From Laetmonice hystrix (lineage: Eukaryota): 64,000 bases of DNA. A program made the translations under genes and the position numbers. The stretch lies in contig OZ249436.1 in the NCBI GenBank assembly GCA_965235115.1, positions 45,510,001 through 45,574,000 of the forward strand. The letters are read 5' to 3'. Each line of letters starts with the position of its first letter. Position 1 is the first letter of the stretch. Below the pieces are notes generated by a model. It was not told the origin of the DNA, did not search any database, and was given only the letters and a program-made list of their open reading frames with translations. Shown here one piece after another: positions 1 through 12,138 of the stretch.

Positions 1-229
1 AAACATAACTGTACTGTACTCTAAACTTTGTCCCAGTGGCTATCGCTAGAGGAAGGAACAAGTCGAGGGTACAACTCGAGTTATAGCTTCTCAACCATTG
101 GTTGAAATGAAAATGTTCCAATCACCAACTTGGGATCACTACTTTAAGAATGGAACCCAGAACATGGATAAAGTGTATACATAGCTGGCACCGGGGGAAG
201 AACAGGCGCTGCCTGATCCGCTGCCAGGG

Positions 230-1166
230 TAAAAATTGTGAAGAAAAAATTGGTTATTTTAACCAAGAATTTGGTTAACTCAGAACCAATAAGTGGGTCA
301 TTGGGTAACCAATTACATTAGTTGTGATTCACAACCAAATTGATTGGTTACTGGATAACTGGATAAGTATTGTCTTTGGCAATACCCCGACATGTCACAT
401 ACCTATATGAGAGCCGGCTTTTATGCGACCGTGGGCACAAATTGACAATAATACAGTCTTTGTGATGGTGACTAGGGTGGAATGTCAAACAGGGGCCTAA
501 TTATGAAGTGTGATTTGTTAACATTGCTCATGACAACACCAACGTTGTATTCGCTCCTTGGTAGAAATAGTCGACATTTTCACACGGAGTAGCCGGCTTA
601 TGGCTGCTGGGCCCCGTTGCATATTTTTCCCCCCAAGGACCACTAACACCTTTGCGATCCTTAATTATTTGCGACTACTAACACTTTCAATCATTTTAAC
701 GATCCTTATCGGCCGGTTCTTGAATATGCAACGGGACCCTGACGTTTGAACTTTTCAATAAATGGACCTGTTTGAACTCACCAGTCCATATAGATCGTAC
801 CAAGATTGGTGCTAAGCTAAGTAGATTATGTTTGATCCTCGCTTAGATTATTCTTATTAATAGCGAAGTATACAACATTAACCAATAATTTGGTTAAATT
901 GATCAACGTATTTTGGTTAATTTTCTAATTAACCCCAATGTCTTGGTTGAAATAACAAATGAAGATTGCTTTCTATAGAAATTTGTTATTTCAACCAAAA
1001 CAATATATTGCAAGGCAATATATTGCAACCAATATGGATTGGTTAAAACAACTACCAACACTAGATTGGTATTCTAACCTAGATCTCGGTCGGAAACAAT
1101 CTACCATCTAGATTGGTTAAAGTTAACCATTATCCTAGTCATTCTAACCAATCTGTTTTTAGAGTG
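230..1166. mobile_element. Non-autonomous EnSpm/CACTA-like element with AACCA/TGGTT subterminal repeats, copy 1 (left end eroded)
   Basis: Right end TTTTTAGAGTG (reverse complement CACTCTAAAAA) followed by TA. Dense AACCA/TGGTT motifs in both orientations. Collinear second copy at about 2320-2913. Superfamily inferred from the CACT terminus. Confidence 0.55.
610..738. mobile_element. PIF/Harbinger-type MITE nested in the previous element
   Basis: TIRs GGCCCCGTTGCATATT / AATATGCAACGGGACC, with a 3-bp TSD CTG at 607-609 and 739-741. The paralogous host copy (about 2610-2640) shows the empty site. Confidence 0.8.
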
Positions 1167-1170
1167 TATA

Positions 1171-2241
1171 TATCGGGTGGGCTAAAAAAAATTTGAACTC
1201 TCTTTTTTTTACTGTAACTTCTATAATTTTTACCCCAATGTCGTGATATTTGAAACCTGATATCATCTGGTTATTTGGGGTCGGTGGTACAAATTTCAGA
1301 TAAATAGGTAAAAACGTCTAAAAAAAAGGCCATTTTTAAAAATTCGTGTCAAAAATTGCAATGCCGGACCAGGGTCATTAGCTTGAAGCCGCACGTCTTT
1401 TAAGCCGGAAACTGTCCTGAAAAACGCTTCGTCGCTTTGAATGACCCAGTTTTCTTGGTGTGTGTCCCAGTTAAGGCAGGGTTCTTGCCACTGTGTCTGA
1501 ATGACGTGACGTCAAATGTATGAAATGCCCCCTGCCAAAAACTGGTGGCCGGTCCCAACTTAAACGCCATGGATTACACCATTTGGGATTCCCTGTCTGA
1601 AAAAGTCTATAAAGGTCGCAAACAAAAAGTCGCTTAGAACAAACTGAAGGAGAAAATTCGGGAAGGGTGGGAGGGAATTAGGGGGCCTACTCTAGAAGAA
1701 GTCAGGAAGTCATCCGGGATATTCAAAAAGAGATCTAAGGGCTGTGTGTGAACAGTGAACAGGATGGGGGTCACATCGATCACCTTTTCATTTCAACTGA
1801 AGACACCTTCAACTAGGTGACACTTACATGGCTCTCCGGCATTGTATTTTTCGACATGTGATGTTTGATTTGTTTCCACTTAAAGAGTTTTTGGCCTAGC
1901 CTATCTGCCTAAAATTTTCACCAGAAAATGCTATTAACCATATAACCTAAATATCAGTGACAAACTATGAAAATTGTAGAAGCTATAGTTAAGTAAAGAG
2001 TGTTCCAGACACAGCAGGACCAACTCTGCCGAGGACGCCTGGTCCGGTCCTGCAATTTTTGACATGCAGTTTTTAAACTGGCCCTTTTTTTTAGACAATT
2101 TGACCTATTTATCTGAACTTTGTACCACATGCCCCAATTAACCAGATGATATGATGTTCCAAATATTATGACATTGGGGTAAAAATTATAGAAGTTACAG
2201 TCAAGAAAAGAGTGTCCCAAAATTCTTAGGCCCACCCGATA
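1171..2241 (+). mobile_element. Internally deleted Tc1/mariner-superfamily DNA transposon
   Basis: Imperfect TIRs of about 200 bp (TATCGGGTGGGCT.. / ..GGCCCACCCGATA) flanked by TA. Internal relic at about 1555-1620 translates PNLNAMDYTIWDSLSEKVYKG, matching the Tc1/mariner SPDLNPxDY motif region. Confidence 0.85.
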
Positions 2242-2319
2242 TATATTATTTTTAAAGTGTAATCTAAGCACCCGGGTATCTTACGGTACATTTCCTTCTC
2301 AGATGCGGCTCGAATTGGA

Positions 2320-2913
2320 TAAAAATAGATTGGTTGAATTTCATTGGTTGAGCCTATATTTTGTTTGAACCAACAATTTGGTTAAGTCACAACCAATACG
2401 TTGGTTATTGGGTAACCAATCACATTGGTTGCAATTAACAACCAGTGTGATTGGTTACTGAATAACCAGTGGTCACATAATGACTTTCACCTGCCCCTTT
2501 ATTATTCTATACTAATTAGGTGGGGTTTGTTAACATTGCTCATGGAAATACTATCTTTGGACGCTAGAGAGTATATTAATATGTAAAAGCAGTCGACATT
2601 ATCATGCGGAGTAGCCTCCTGGGTTACAGACGTTTGCATTTTCCTCGAATGGACCTGTCAGACATCATCAGGCCATAGGAATCTAAACTTAAAAAGCCAG
2701 ATATTTGTTTCTCGCTTATCATAATTTTTATTAGTGCAGTGTATAATTAATTTTCTTGGTTAATTGGTTAAATCTACCAAGTCTAATTGTTTATTAAGTC
2801 AACCAATCAGGGTTGGTTGTTTCAAACAAAGTGTTGCTGGGACTCATTCCAACCAACAAAATTGGTTAAATTTGACCAATATTTTGGTTAGATTAACCAA
2901 TATGTTTTTAGAG
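2320..2913. mobile_element. Second, shorter copy of the AACCA/TGGTT non-autonomous element
   Basis: Shares blocks with 230-1166: TTGGGTAACCAAT, TTTGTTAACATTGCTCATG, AGTCGACATT, CTCGCTTA and the TGTTTTTAGAGT end. Confidence 0.6.
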
Positions 2914-3956
2914 TTTTTACGAACTATAAGTTTATTGATAGATGCTAGATGTCAACTGCTGCATTATCAATTTGAAAAGTGGACACAACTTCGTGGATAT
3001 AATGTCTTTTCTTTTATAACAGTTGACAAGTTCTGACATGGACGTTCATTGTCCAACTGGAGTCTCCACGTTTGGAGATATTTTACCGATACCCCTGGCC
3101 CATATAATGATTCACTGCATGGTGCAAATAGAACTAATCTATAATTCAAACCTATTTTGTGGAGGTCCAGGGGGCAGAATCTCGCCATGAACCTCCAATT
3201 ACCTCCAGCCCACCTCGACCCACTACACTGTCACGACTGACACCTATCGATGGTGTCCATCTAGACCTTCCGACACCGGGGGGATACAGCTCTCTGGGTT
3301 ATCAATTTACGACCCTATAGATCCTCCGACTCCCCAAACAAAAACACCAAGCAACGTCAGAAATGTTATTAATTCTGGAAGAGTTCATGTTCCGCTGCAC
3401 CTGTCTTAGCAACTGCACCCTTATCGCTTAAATAGGTCAATATAAATCAATGCTCATCGGCAGATCAATTAATGAGTGGAAATATCGATTGGTTGACGCC
3501 CTCTATACGTCCCCCGATATTACTCGAATAAACATGTAGTCTAAAGTATGTTAGAATTATCCTGGGTTTCACCTCCTTAAATTACAAATTTAGTACAACA
3601 CTTAATTTGTCACTTACATTGTAATGACCTCTATAGCTGTCGGCATCACAGTACGATTTGAAACGCCCAGAATATCGTTCGTGACATATATCATTTCATC
3701 GAGATCTACTTGTTTTCATTGAGTATATATTTGGCAGATGGTCTCCTTTTAAATCTTTGATCTAAATAAATCTGAAATGACTACACAATTTTACATTCCA
3801 TGTGGAGTGAAGGACTTTGCTCCTGGGCACGGCAGTATAAGCCGTGAATCTATCGAATTAAACAAAGAAGGAACCATGGATAGTAAGGCTCGGTGATTTC
3901 GGCGCGTATATATACACAGCGGAGGTGTGTGTGGTGGTTTGGTGGGAGGCTTAGTC

Positions 3957-4513
3957 CAATCGGGAATCCTCGGCCAGTTCTTCGAAAGTAGTCTCGGGTG
4001 AATTCAGCGCCATTTTGAGCATTGCATCGCGGGTACATTAAGCCGAGACTCTGGCCATCATGACAGTGCTGCATCAGGCATGGAAGCAACTAAAATAGGC
4101 TTCTAGTGCTCTTCCCATAGCCAGTGAGCAATATTGCGATAGTATCATGTTCATGATACAAGTAGCCCTACCTTGTGTCGTGTTGTTGTCGTTCATGGGT
4201 GCGGCCGTATTGCTTCCGACAATGTGATAAATTACCTTATCACGCCGATTTAGGCAAATAAGTTGATTCATTTTTCTTCTTCAAACGTTCCCCTTCATAC
4301 CAGAAATTTATATTTGCATATACGATCCCGAAGGAGCAGGTTTCAATAATGCACTACTACTTCCTGGTTCGATTGGATATGACGGTTCACTCACTGCCTC
4401 GCTACACAGGTCAATTTCGTCATGTATCTCGTTGCCACAATGGCGCCCAAATCACCCGAGGGTATTTTCGAATAGCAGGAAGTGACGTCAAATGCCCGAG
4501 GGAATCCCGAATG
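3957..4513. mobile_element. MITE with imperfect TIRs (CA[AT]TCGGGA...TCCCGAATG)
   Basis: 3957-4015 is an imperfect inverted repeat of 4438-4513. The left part recurs at 63827-64000. Confidence 0.6.
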
Positions 4514-4519
4514 AATCCC

Positions 4520-6292
4520 GTTTTTCATTCCTTAAAACATTCAGCAGCCGGCTGGGACGAACTAAATAAAACAGTTATTTCCCTAATTTTTGATCTTATA
4601 TTACCAATTCTTGTTCACATTATTAATTTATCTTTGGAATCAGGAATAATACCAAATGAGTTAAAAATTGCTAAGGTTCTGCCTTTATTTAAATCCGGTG
4701 ATAATCAGTTATTTAACAATTATCGGCCTATCTCTATTCTTCCAATCTTATCAAAAATATTTGAGAAGATTATGCATCACCGAATCATAAACTTTCTGGA
4801 CAAACATGGTACTCTGCATAAACATCAATTTGGTTTTAGAAAACATCACTCCACAGAATCGGCTCTAACTAGATTAAGTCATCATATAGTTACCTCATTT
4901 AACAACAATAACTTAACACTTGGTATTTTTCTCGACTTCAGCAAGGCTTTTGACACCTTAAATTTTGAAATTCTCTTTTATAAGTTAAATCACTATGGCA
5001 TTAGGGGTACTGCCCTAGCTTGGATAAAAAAACTACCTATCAAACCGAAAACAGCATGTAAAATACGATAGATCATCATCTTCTAATTTAGCTATTCAAA
5101 CTGGAGTCCCACAAGGTTCAATTCTTGGTCCTCTCCTCTTTTTAATATATATTAATGATTTAGGCTCGGTATGTAATAGATTATCTCCCTTCATGTATGC
5201 CGATGACAGTAGTTTTTTTTTATCAGTGGTTCCTCGCCTAATGAATTGATGGAATTAGCTAACATGGAACTAGCCAAAATCTATGAATGGTTATGTCAAA
5301 ATAGACTATCTTTAAACATAGATAAGTGTAAATATATGATTTTCTCTAAAAGTAAACTTAAAATACCTATCATAACTGAACTCACTATCTATAACCAGCC
5401 AATTTCTCGTGTTGAACAATTTAAATTTCTAGGCTACCACCTAGATGAAAAATTATCCTGGCAAAAGCACATATCATTTATTTCCTCAAAAATAGCTAAA
5501 AACATCGGCATTCTTTGCAAGCTCAGGAAAACACTGGATACCGCAACTCTAAGATATCTATATTTTTCACTAATTCATTCCTATATTAGTAATGGATTGA
5601 TAATCTGGGGAGGGACCTCAAAGATACACCTTGATCAACTTATTAAATTACAAAAGAAAATTATTCGCATTATTGAGTCTTGCGGCCCGAAAGAACATAC
5701 AGCTCCGTTATTTAAGAAACTTAATATATTACCACTCTCCAAGCTATATGTACTTAACTGCGCCCTATTCATGTATAAAGTTCATCATAGTAACCATCCA
5801 GAAGTCCTTTGTGACTTATTTAAAAGACAATATGAATTAATCCATCGCACAACACGCCAGAATAAACATTATTATGTACCCAAGGCCAAATGTAAACCCT
5901 ATGAACTCTCAATACTAACACAAGGTCCAAAATATTATAATGACCTGATAGAAAAAATTGATATAAATTGCTCAATACATACATATAAAAAGAAATTGTC
6001 AACCTTTTTAATGAGCAGTATCTAAGATCACTTTTCTATGTTGTTACAATTAACTGTTATAATTAACATTGCCCCATTGTACAGGCATCACATATAACAT
6101 CCCCGTTGTCCATAAGTTCTTATATATTTATTCTATTATACGCCATATATCTTTACAAATATAACACTTGTATCTTGATCAGGGATACCATAAGCATATA
6201 GCTTCATTTCCCTTATTAAATATACGGCAAATGATGTATGTATATATTGGATTAATAAAATGATTGATTGATTGAAAATGATTGATTGATTG
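4520..6292 (+). mobile_element. 5'-truncated CR1/L2-group non-LTR retrotransposon (reverse transcriptase, two frameshifts)
   Basis: RT motifs [56 protein letters not shown] (5196-5207) and FKFLG. Frameshifts in homopolymers at about 5030 and 5220. Stop at 6025, then AATAAA and an (ATTG)n tail at about 6254-6292. Confidence 0.93.
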
Positions 6293-7349
6293 AATGAGGG
6301 TTCGCCCTCTCACTAAGTCCAAAAACTACATGCTGACATAATCCTCAAAACGAAACATCTCATAGATCTACAGTGAATGTGAGGGCATCTTACGAAGTAA
6401 GATCCCAGTTCATCCTACAGACAGTCATTACTTCTAGGTAATCCTATTTGTAGTTCCTGTAGGACTTCCTGTAGGATTACATCAAGGGGCTGAATGAAAG
6501 CTAATATGTTAAATGTCACTGACATAGTGTAGCGCGCAGCGTGTAGCCTTGTATACATGATGGCTGATCACTGCAGGGCCAGTCGAGCCTATACGCAGCT
6601 TTGCTTGCGAGTTTCCAATTAATTGACATTTTTTTTGACCAATCACAATCGAGAAAATATTACCACCCCGCAACGACAAAATGGCGCCGCCCAGGTTCCT
6701 GATTTTTGAACAGGCTTAGTGGATTTTAACGTCACAAACGTGTGATGACATAACAGCGCTTCGCGGCGCTATGATAATAACCTTTTAGTGCAATACTCTT
6801 TCCTTTTACTCTCGCCTGACAACTTGTTTTGTTTACCTCTACATTCCTTTCTGTTGTGAGAATTCCATAGAGAACATTTCCTTCAGACATCGTTTTCAAT
6901 GTCGACAGGTATATAAAGTATGGGCCAGTTGCCATCTCTAGATGGTCAAACTGATATCACGAGACAATGAATGATTCATGGTCAACAAACTCCGGTGGCG
7001 TACATTTAAACCAAGAGGTGTCGCACTAAAATATTTCCCAAGATAATGAAAAAATAAAAATCCTTTCTTCTCATACAATTTGTATTTGTTTGTATCGGGA
7101 TAGTGGATATGGTATCCCGTTTTATTTCTTGGCCACCCTGTATGAACCTCCGAACCATTCTGCCAGTTACCTCGAGTCGGCTCCCGACAATTACAGAACC
7201 AGTCCCGTGACTTTCAGCAAAGTAACGTTGTTTGAATCGATGGCTCGTTAGGTCAGTTTGGGTTCACAACCTTTAGTCGGATCAAGACGGAAAAATTTCA
7301 AATCCAATATTCGATCATGGACGCGGAATGACCCGCTGTGGACGTCCGG

Positions 7350-7440
7350 CGGGGGTGGGGGGTGGGTGGGTGGGGGTGGGGGGTGGGGGTGGGTGGGTGG
7401 GGGTGGGGGGTGGGTGGCTGGGGGTGGGGGTGGGTGGGTA
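7350..7440. repeat. G-rich (GGGT/GGGGGT)n low-complexity tract
   Basis: Read directly from the sequence. Confidence 0.9.
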
Positions 7441-7510
7441 TAGCAATGAGTGGGTGTTTTATAGTCTGACGCAGGTAGTCAGAAGGTGGTGTGTAAGGTA
7501 TCGATTGATT

Positions 7511-7725
7511 TAAATGATAGGGATTTCAAATAAGTGGGATTTGCAGCAATGTATATTACCTTTAAATGCTGGGGTGAATTGGCGGAGTGCATGGTAAAGG
7601 GTTTGTAGGATTTGCAGGGACTACGGCCTCTATACTCTCGTAGGTGTAAATGATAGGGATTTCAAATAATTGGGATTTGCAGCAATGTATATTACCTTTA
7701 AATGCTGGGGTGGACTGGCGGAGTG
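7511..7725. repeat. Direct duplication of about 78 bp
   Basis: TAAATGATAGGGATTTCAAATAA...GGCGGAGTG occurs at 7511-7589 and again at 7647-7725. Confidence 0.85.
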
Positions 7726-10007
7726 GTAAATATTCTCCACTTAGGATACTATTAGTAAGAATTTTTTGGTTCAATTCAGAATTTCTTTTTTTCACTCTGG
7801 CACCAAGAATGGTAGGCCTAACAGCAAGACCGTAGACAGTCAGAGATTGCCAGGGCACAGTTCCGTAATCGAAGGGGCACATATTTTTTTTTCAATATGA
7901 CCTGCTTGTCAAAATGCATTTTTCATAATCACCAGGGGGGTTACTATCCCTGGGCTCTACACTCATTATGACGTTATACAGACATCCAAAATACAAAATA
8001 CAAAATACATCTCCACGCAGCCCTAGGGTAAAGATCTGTGACCAGGGCCCAGTTCTCCAAAATTCTCAATTCAGTAAAGCTTACTTAAAGGTAATTAATC
8101 ACCCTAGGGCCGCCGAGTTTTGTCGGAGCGGTGTCCCCATCTCCTACGAATCCGCGTATTTCAATCTTACCTGATCTTAAATCTATCCCACTGGACTGAT
8201 AATATATTCTGTCGTAATCATAACATTGTGGTGCTAGGTCATTTTTCATCTCAATTGACTGAGAACCTAGAAAACTACCGCCCTGACGGTCATGGCGGTC
8301 GTTACTAAGCAACGGGATTGGGTCTGGCGGTGACCTAGTCACGTGATGAATAATGATGAGGTCACCTCGCATGTGCTGCCTCGCACTGCTCCCCCCAGCG
8401 CCCCCTCCCCCATAATCCAAATAAGGGCATGATTTGATTCGTGTGCTCTCGTCGCTAGCCAAATAGGTAAACGCTTAATTAATTAATTAAAAATATTGTC
8501 GATATGAACGCGCCATGGTAGAAATTGGACTGCTAGAAACCCCTTAAAATAGTTTTGTTGAATTGACTGCGATTATTTCAATTTTCGGACTGATTTCCTT
8601 TAAGTATACCAACAGGCTTCTGCTTGGCTAGCCTTAGCAGACCAGCTAATCAGAAGGTGATTATGTAAGATATAACATCTGATGATGAGAAGATGATTAT
8701 GTAAGATGTATCAGATGTATCTGGTATGTGAGATGTCCATGCTCACATTTTCATGGCCATCAACACAATCTGAATACACCACTACCCTCATCATTAGAGT
8801 CTCAACATAATTATCCGACATAACGAGGTTTTTCTGGTTCAACCATCACGACCACCTGTAGCGCCACCTTCTGGTCAGTCTGGTGTAATTCAGCCGATCG
8901 AGGCTCCAAACCTATCAGATACTGTAAGTCACTTTAATTTCACATGATTAAAATTTAGCGTCTTTTCATTTTTGGGTGATTTCGCGTTTCTTAAATTCGC
9001 GTTCTGATAATGGCACCGCCATGAAAAAGTGGAAAAAGTATTAAATGTATAAAATGTATAAAATGTTTTTAGTTAAGATTATAAACCTACAGTACCACCA
9101 GAGGGCAGCATTCAGCAATCGCAAGTGACATTCCTGGTGAAACCTGTTTTTTGTTACCATGAAGTATACAGAGGTGCCCAGTGGCAAATACTGAAAATAA
9201 AACTCTACAACCCTTAGGACTAATGTATAACAAATAGAACTGTGTTGGGGATTTTTTTTAATGACTGATTTTTCACAGTTCCTCAAAGTTTCAAACTCAA
9301 TTTCCTCAAAAGTAACAACATGTAACTTGCGACCTTGTGTTATTTATGGCGGTTAGGCAGACATGATAATATAGTGACGTGCTAACATGCTGTGATAGGT
9401 CGATGGAACAGCATGAATATCTCGCTTTGATCATGCAGTCGCTCCAACATTTTGTTCGAAAATAAAAGTTTACATGATCAAAATCCTAGCTGGGTGGACA
9501 GCCTATTCCTTCTCCTGAAAGCCTACATGGGCCTATTAGAAACGGCAGATAGTGACAGTCTATTGGCTGAAAGACGCTTCAATGTTTTACTCAGCAAACA
9601 ACCACCAATATCAACTTTCACGTGTGGGTGGCAAAGTACAGGCAAACCTCTCTGAAAGTGTCGGTGGTACATAACTTTTTATCGTATCAGATGAGGCTGT
9701 GGCTGGCACAACTTTGAGTGAGCTGAACGGAAGGATAATCACAATGAAATGGCAATGGCTGTGCAAGAGGCTCGTCGACTTCGTGAGTGAAAGCGCGCGG
9801 CGCAGTCCGGTCTCGCGAGATCTTTTACGATATCACGTGACGTGGTTAACGACACATCGGAGTAACACAATGATTCAGCTCACGTCGGCCCCATAAGAAA
9901 TCAATAAAAACAACATTCCAGACTGCGAAATAGTGATGATTATTGCCTTTATAATCACACGCGCCCACCCACACGTAGGTCTATAGGGGGTCTACAGGGC
10001 CTCACCC

Positions 10008-10198
10008 TGATCCACTAAGACGATTTCCCTTGCGAGGGCCATGCGATTTTTAATGTTGGAATTTCACTCTGTCATTTTGGCCGTCCCTGTTCCTGGAAAT
10101 GGGTCCCATCCTTTAATCTCAAAATCACAGTAAAATAAAAAGGTGATGTCAAAATCGCATGGACATCGCAAGGAAAATCGCCTTAGTGGATCCGGCCC
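10008..10198. mobile_element. Palindromic MITE (Harbinger-like)
   Basis: GATCCACTAAGACGATTTCCCTTGCGAGGGCCATGCGATTTT is inverted against AAAATCGCATGGACATCGCAAGGAAAATCGCCTTAGTGGATC. Confidence 0.6.
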
Positions 10199-10487
10199 GT
10201 CAACAGTAGATGGAACAGGATCTTGTAAACTGGTGGTCGTGTTGTACGCTGAGGTCGAATAACTTTGTCCCTGGGCGCTAGTCTTCGGCTGCCGTCAGGC
10301 GACCTGCAGCGACCTCTGGGGAGTTCTGTCCCCACTCATACATGTATCTACATGTATATATTATGTACTGTATATGAATATGTGAATATCCAATATGTTT
10401 TTATTTCAGTTGATATGAGTGTAATAATCACTGGAGTTCATAAGACTATATGTCTGGACACCATGGTTTTCTCGTTGACAACCATTG

Positions 10488-11019
10488 TGATGACAGAGGT
10501 ACAGTGTGAACAGCAGCCTTCAATGATGAGAGAGATACAGTGTGAACAGCAGCCTTCAATGATGACAGGGGTACAGTGTGAACAGCAGCCTTCAATGATG
10601 ACAGAGATACAGTGTGAACAGCAGCCTTCAATGATGACAGAGATAGTGTGAACAGCAGCCTTCAATGATGACAGAGATACAGTGTGAACAGCAGCCTTAA
10701 ATGATGACAGAGATACAGTGTGAACAGCAGCCTTCAATGATGACAGAGATACAGTGTGAACAGCAGCCTTCAATGATGACAGAGATACAGTGTGAACAGC
10801 CTTCAATGATGAGAGAGATACAGTGTGAACAGCAGCCTTCAATGATGAGAGAGATACAGTGTGAACAGCCTTCAATGATGACAGAGATACAGTGTGAAGA
10901 GCAGCGTTCAATGATGACAGAGATACAGTATGAGCAGAAGCCTTCAATAATGACAGAGATACAGTGTGAACAGCAGCCTTCAATGATGACAGAGGTACAG
11001 TGTGAACAGCAACCTTCCA
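10488..11019. repeat. 36-bp minisatellite, about 15 copies
   Basis: Unit ACAGTGTGAACAGCAGCCTTCAATGATGACAGAGAT, with 33- and 34-bp variants. Confidence 0.95.
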
Positions 11020-12138
11020 TAGAGCCACCCAGACTAGTACCGATCTCTTATTCGTATTTTTTGATACCACAGGGCCGAGGTATGGGGGTCCATGGCTCTC
11101 CCCACCCCCAATATTCCATCAGTGTGTCTTCAGTATTGTATAGGTTGGAGTACCTTCAGGTCTCTCCCACGCCCACCCACTCCACATACAGAACAAGTTT
11201 TTACCATCGTAACTCCCCTCTACAGTATTATTATGTAGGAGACGGTAAGCATGCAGGTGGTCTATGTGGCCTCAAATCGTTTTTCACATATTATAGTTGG
11301 TCCAACTGTCGGACAAGTGTATTCATTAGTGAGATTAAAATTCCATTTTTCCCTGGCCCTAATATACATAGTTGATGAATATATTTTTGCCAATACTTTA
11401 TTTAAATTCGTGATATCGCCCATACCGGCCCAAACATAGAGAATGAAGCCTTCATTTCGAGACACTGAGAGCTGACACGGAGGGAGTTATACTGTAGTAA
11501 CGTAAACTAGTGCTCAGATAACGGTGTTTCTGCCCACTCTGGTCACAGAATCTGATTCCCCCACAGTGGGGGGGGGGGGGATCCAGGATTTTGATAAGGG
11601 GGGAGCAGGACTTTGATAAGGGGGCCCACCTAAATTTTTCTCCTGATTTTGACTGTGAAAAAGAAGAAAAGGGAAATCTAACGAGCAGGTCGGGGCCCCT
11701 AGCCCCCATGGATCCCCCACTGCCCCATAATCACCTCTGGCGCCATCGGCGTGTGTCATTTTGATCTTGCTAGAACCCTGTTCTTCGCAGCCGTCCCAAG
11801 GAACAAGCAGAAAGCGTGAATTTGTGACAAGTTCATTGTCGCTGCCCAGCTGTTAGCCAAACATTTCCTTGTGATTCGCAAAGGAGGCTGAGGCTGAGTT
11901 AAGTGGTATTATAAATTGAGCATGAGGACTAACTGTAGAAAATGGACCAGTTGGCTATGAAATCGGAGCCCAAATAACTTATAGTCAGCCAAACGCGATA
12001 TGTATATTGATAGATAAATGTAGTAATAGTTCGCCATACGCCGGGACATTATCTTCCTCGCGACAGGATAATCCTAGCCACGCTCTGCGTAGTAATACTT
12101 ATTGATCTATGCAGTAATAGGGGTTTTTGTTACAGAGA

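Noticed and set aside
4349..4519. First ~55 aa of the 240-aa RT ORF
   Set aside because: Read-through from the adjacent MITE TIR, not LINE sequence.
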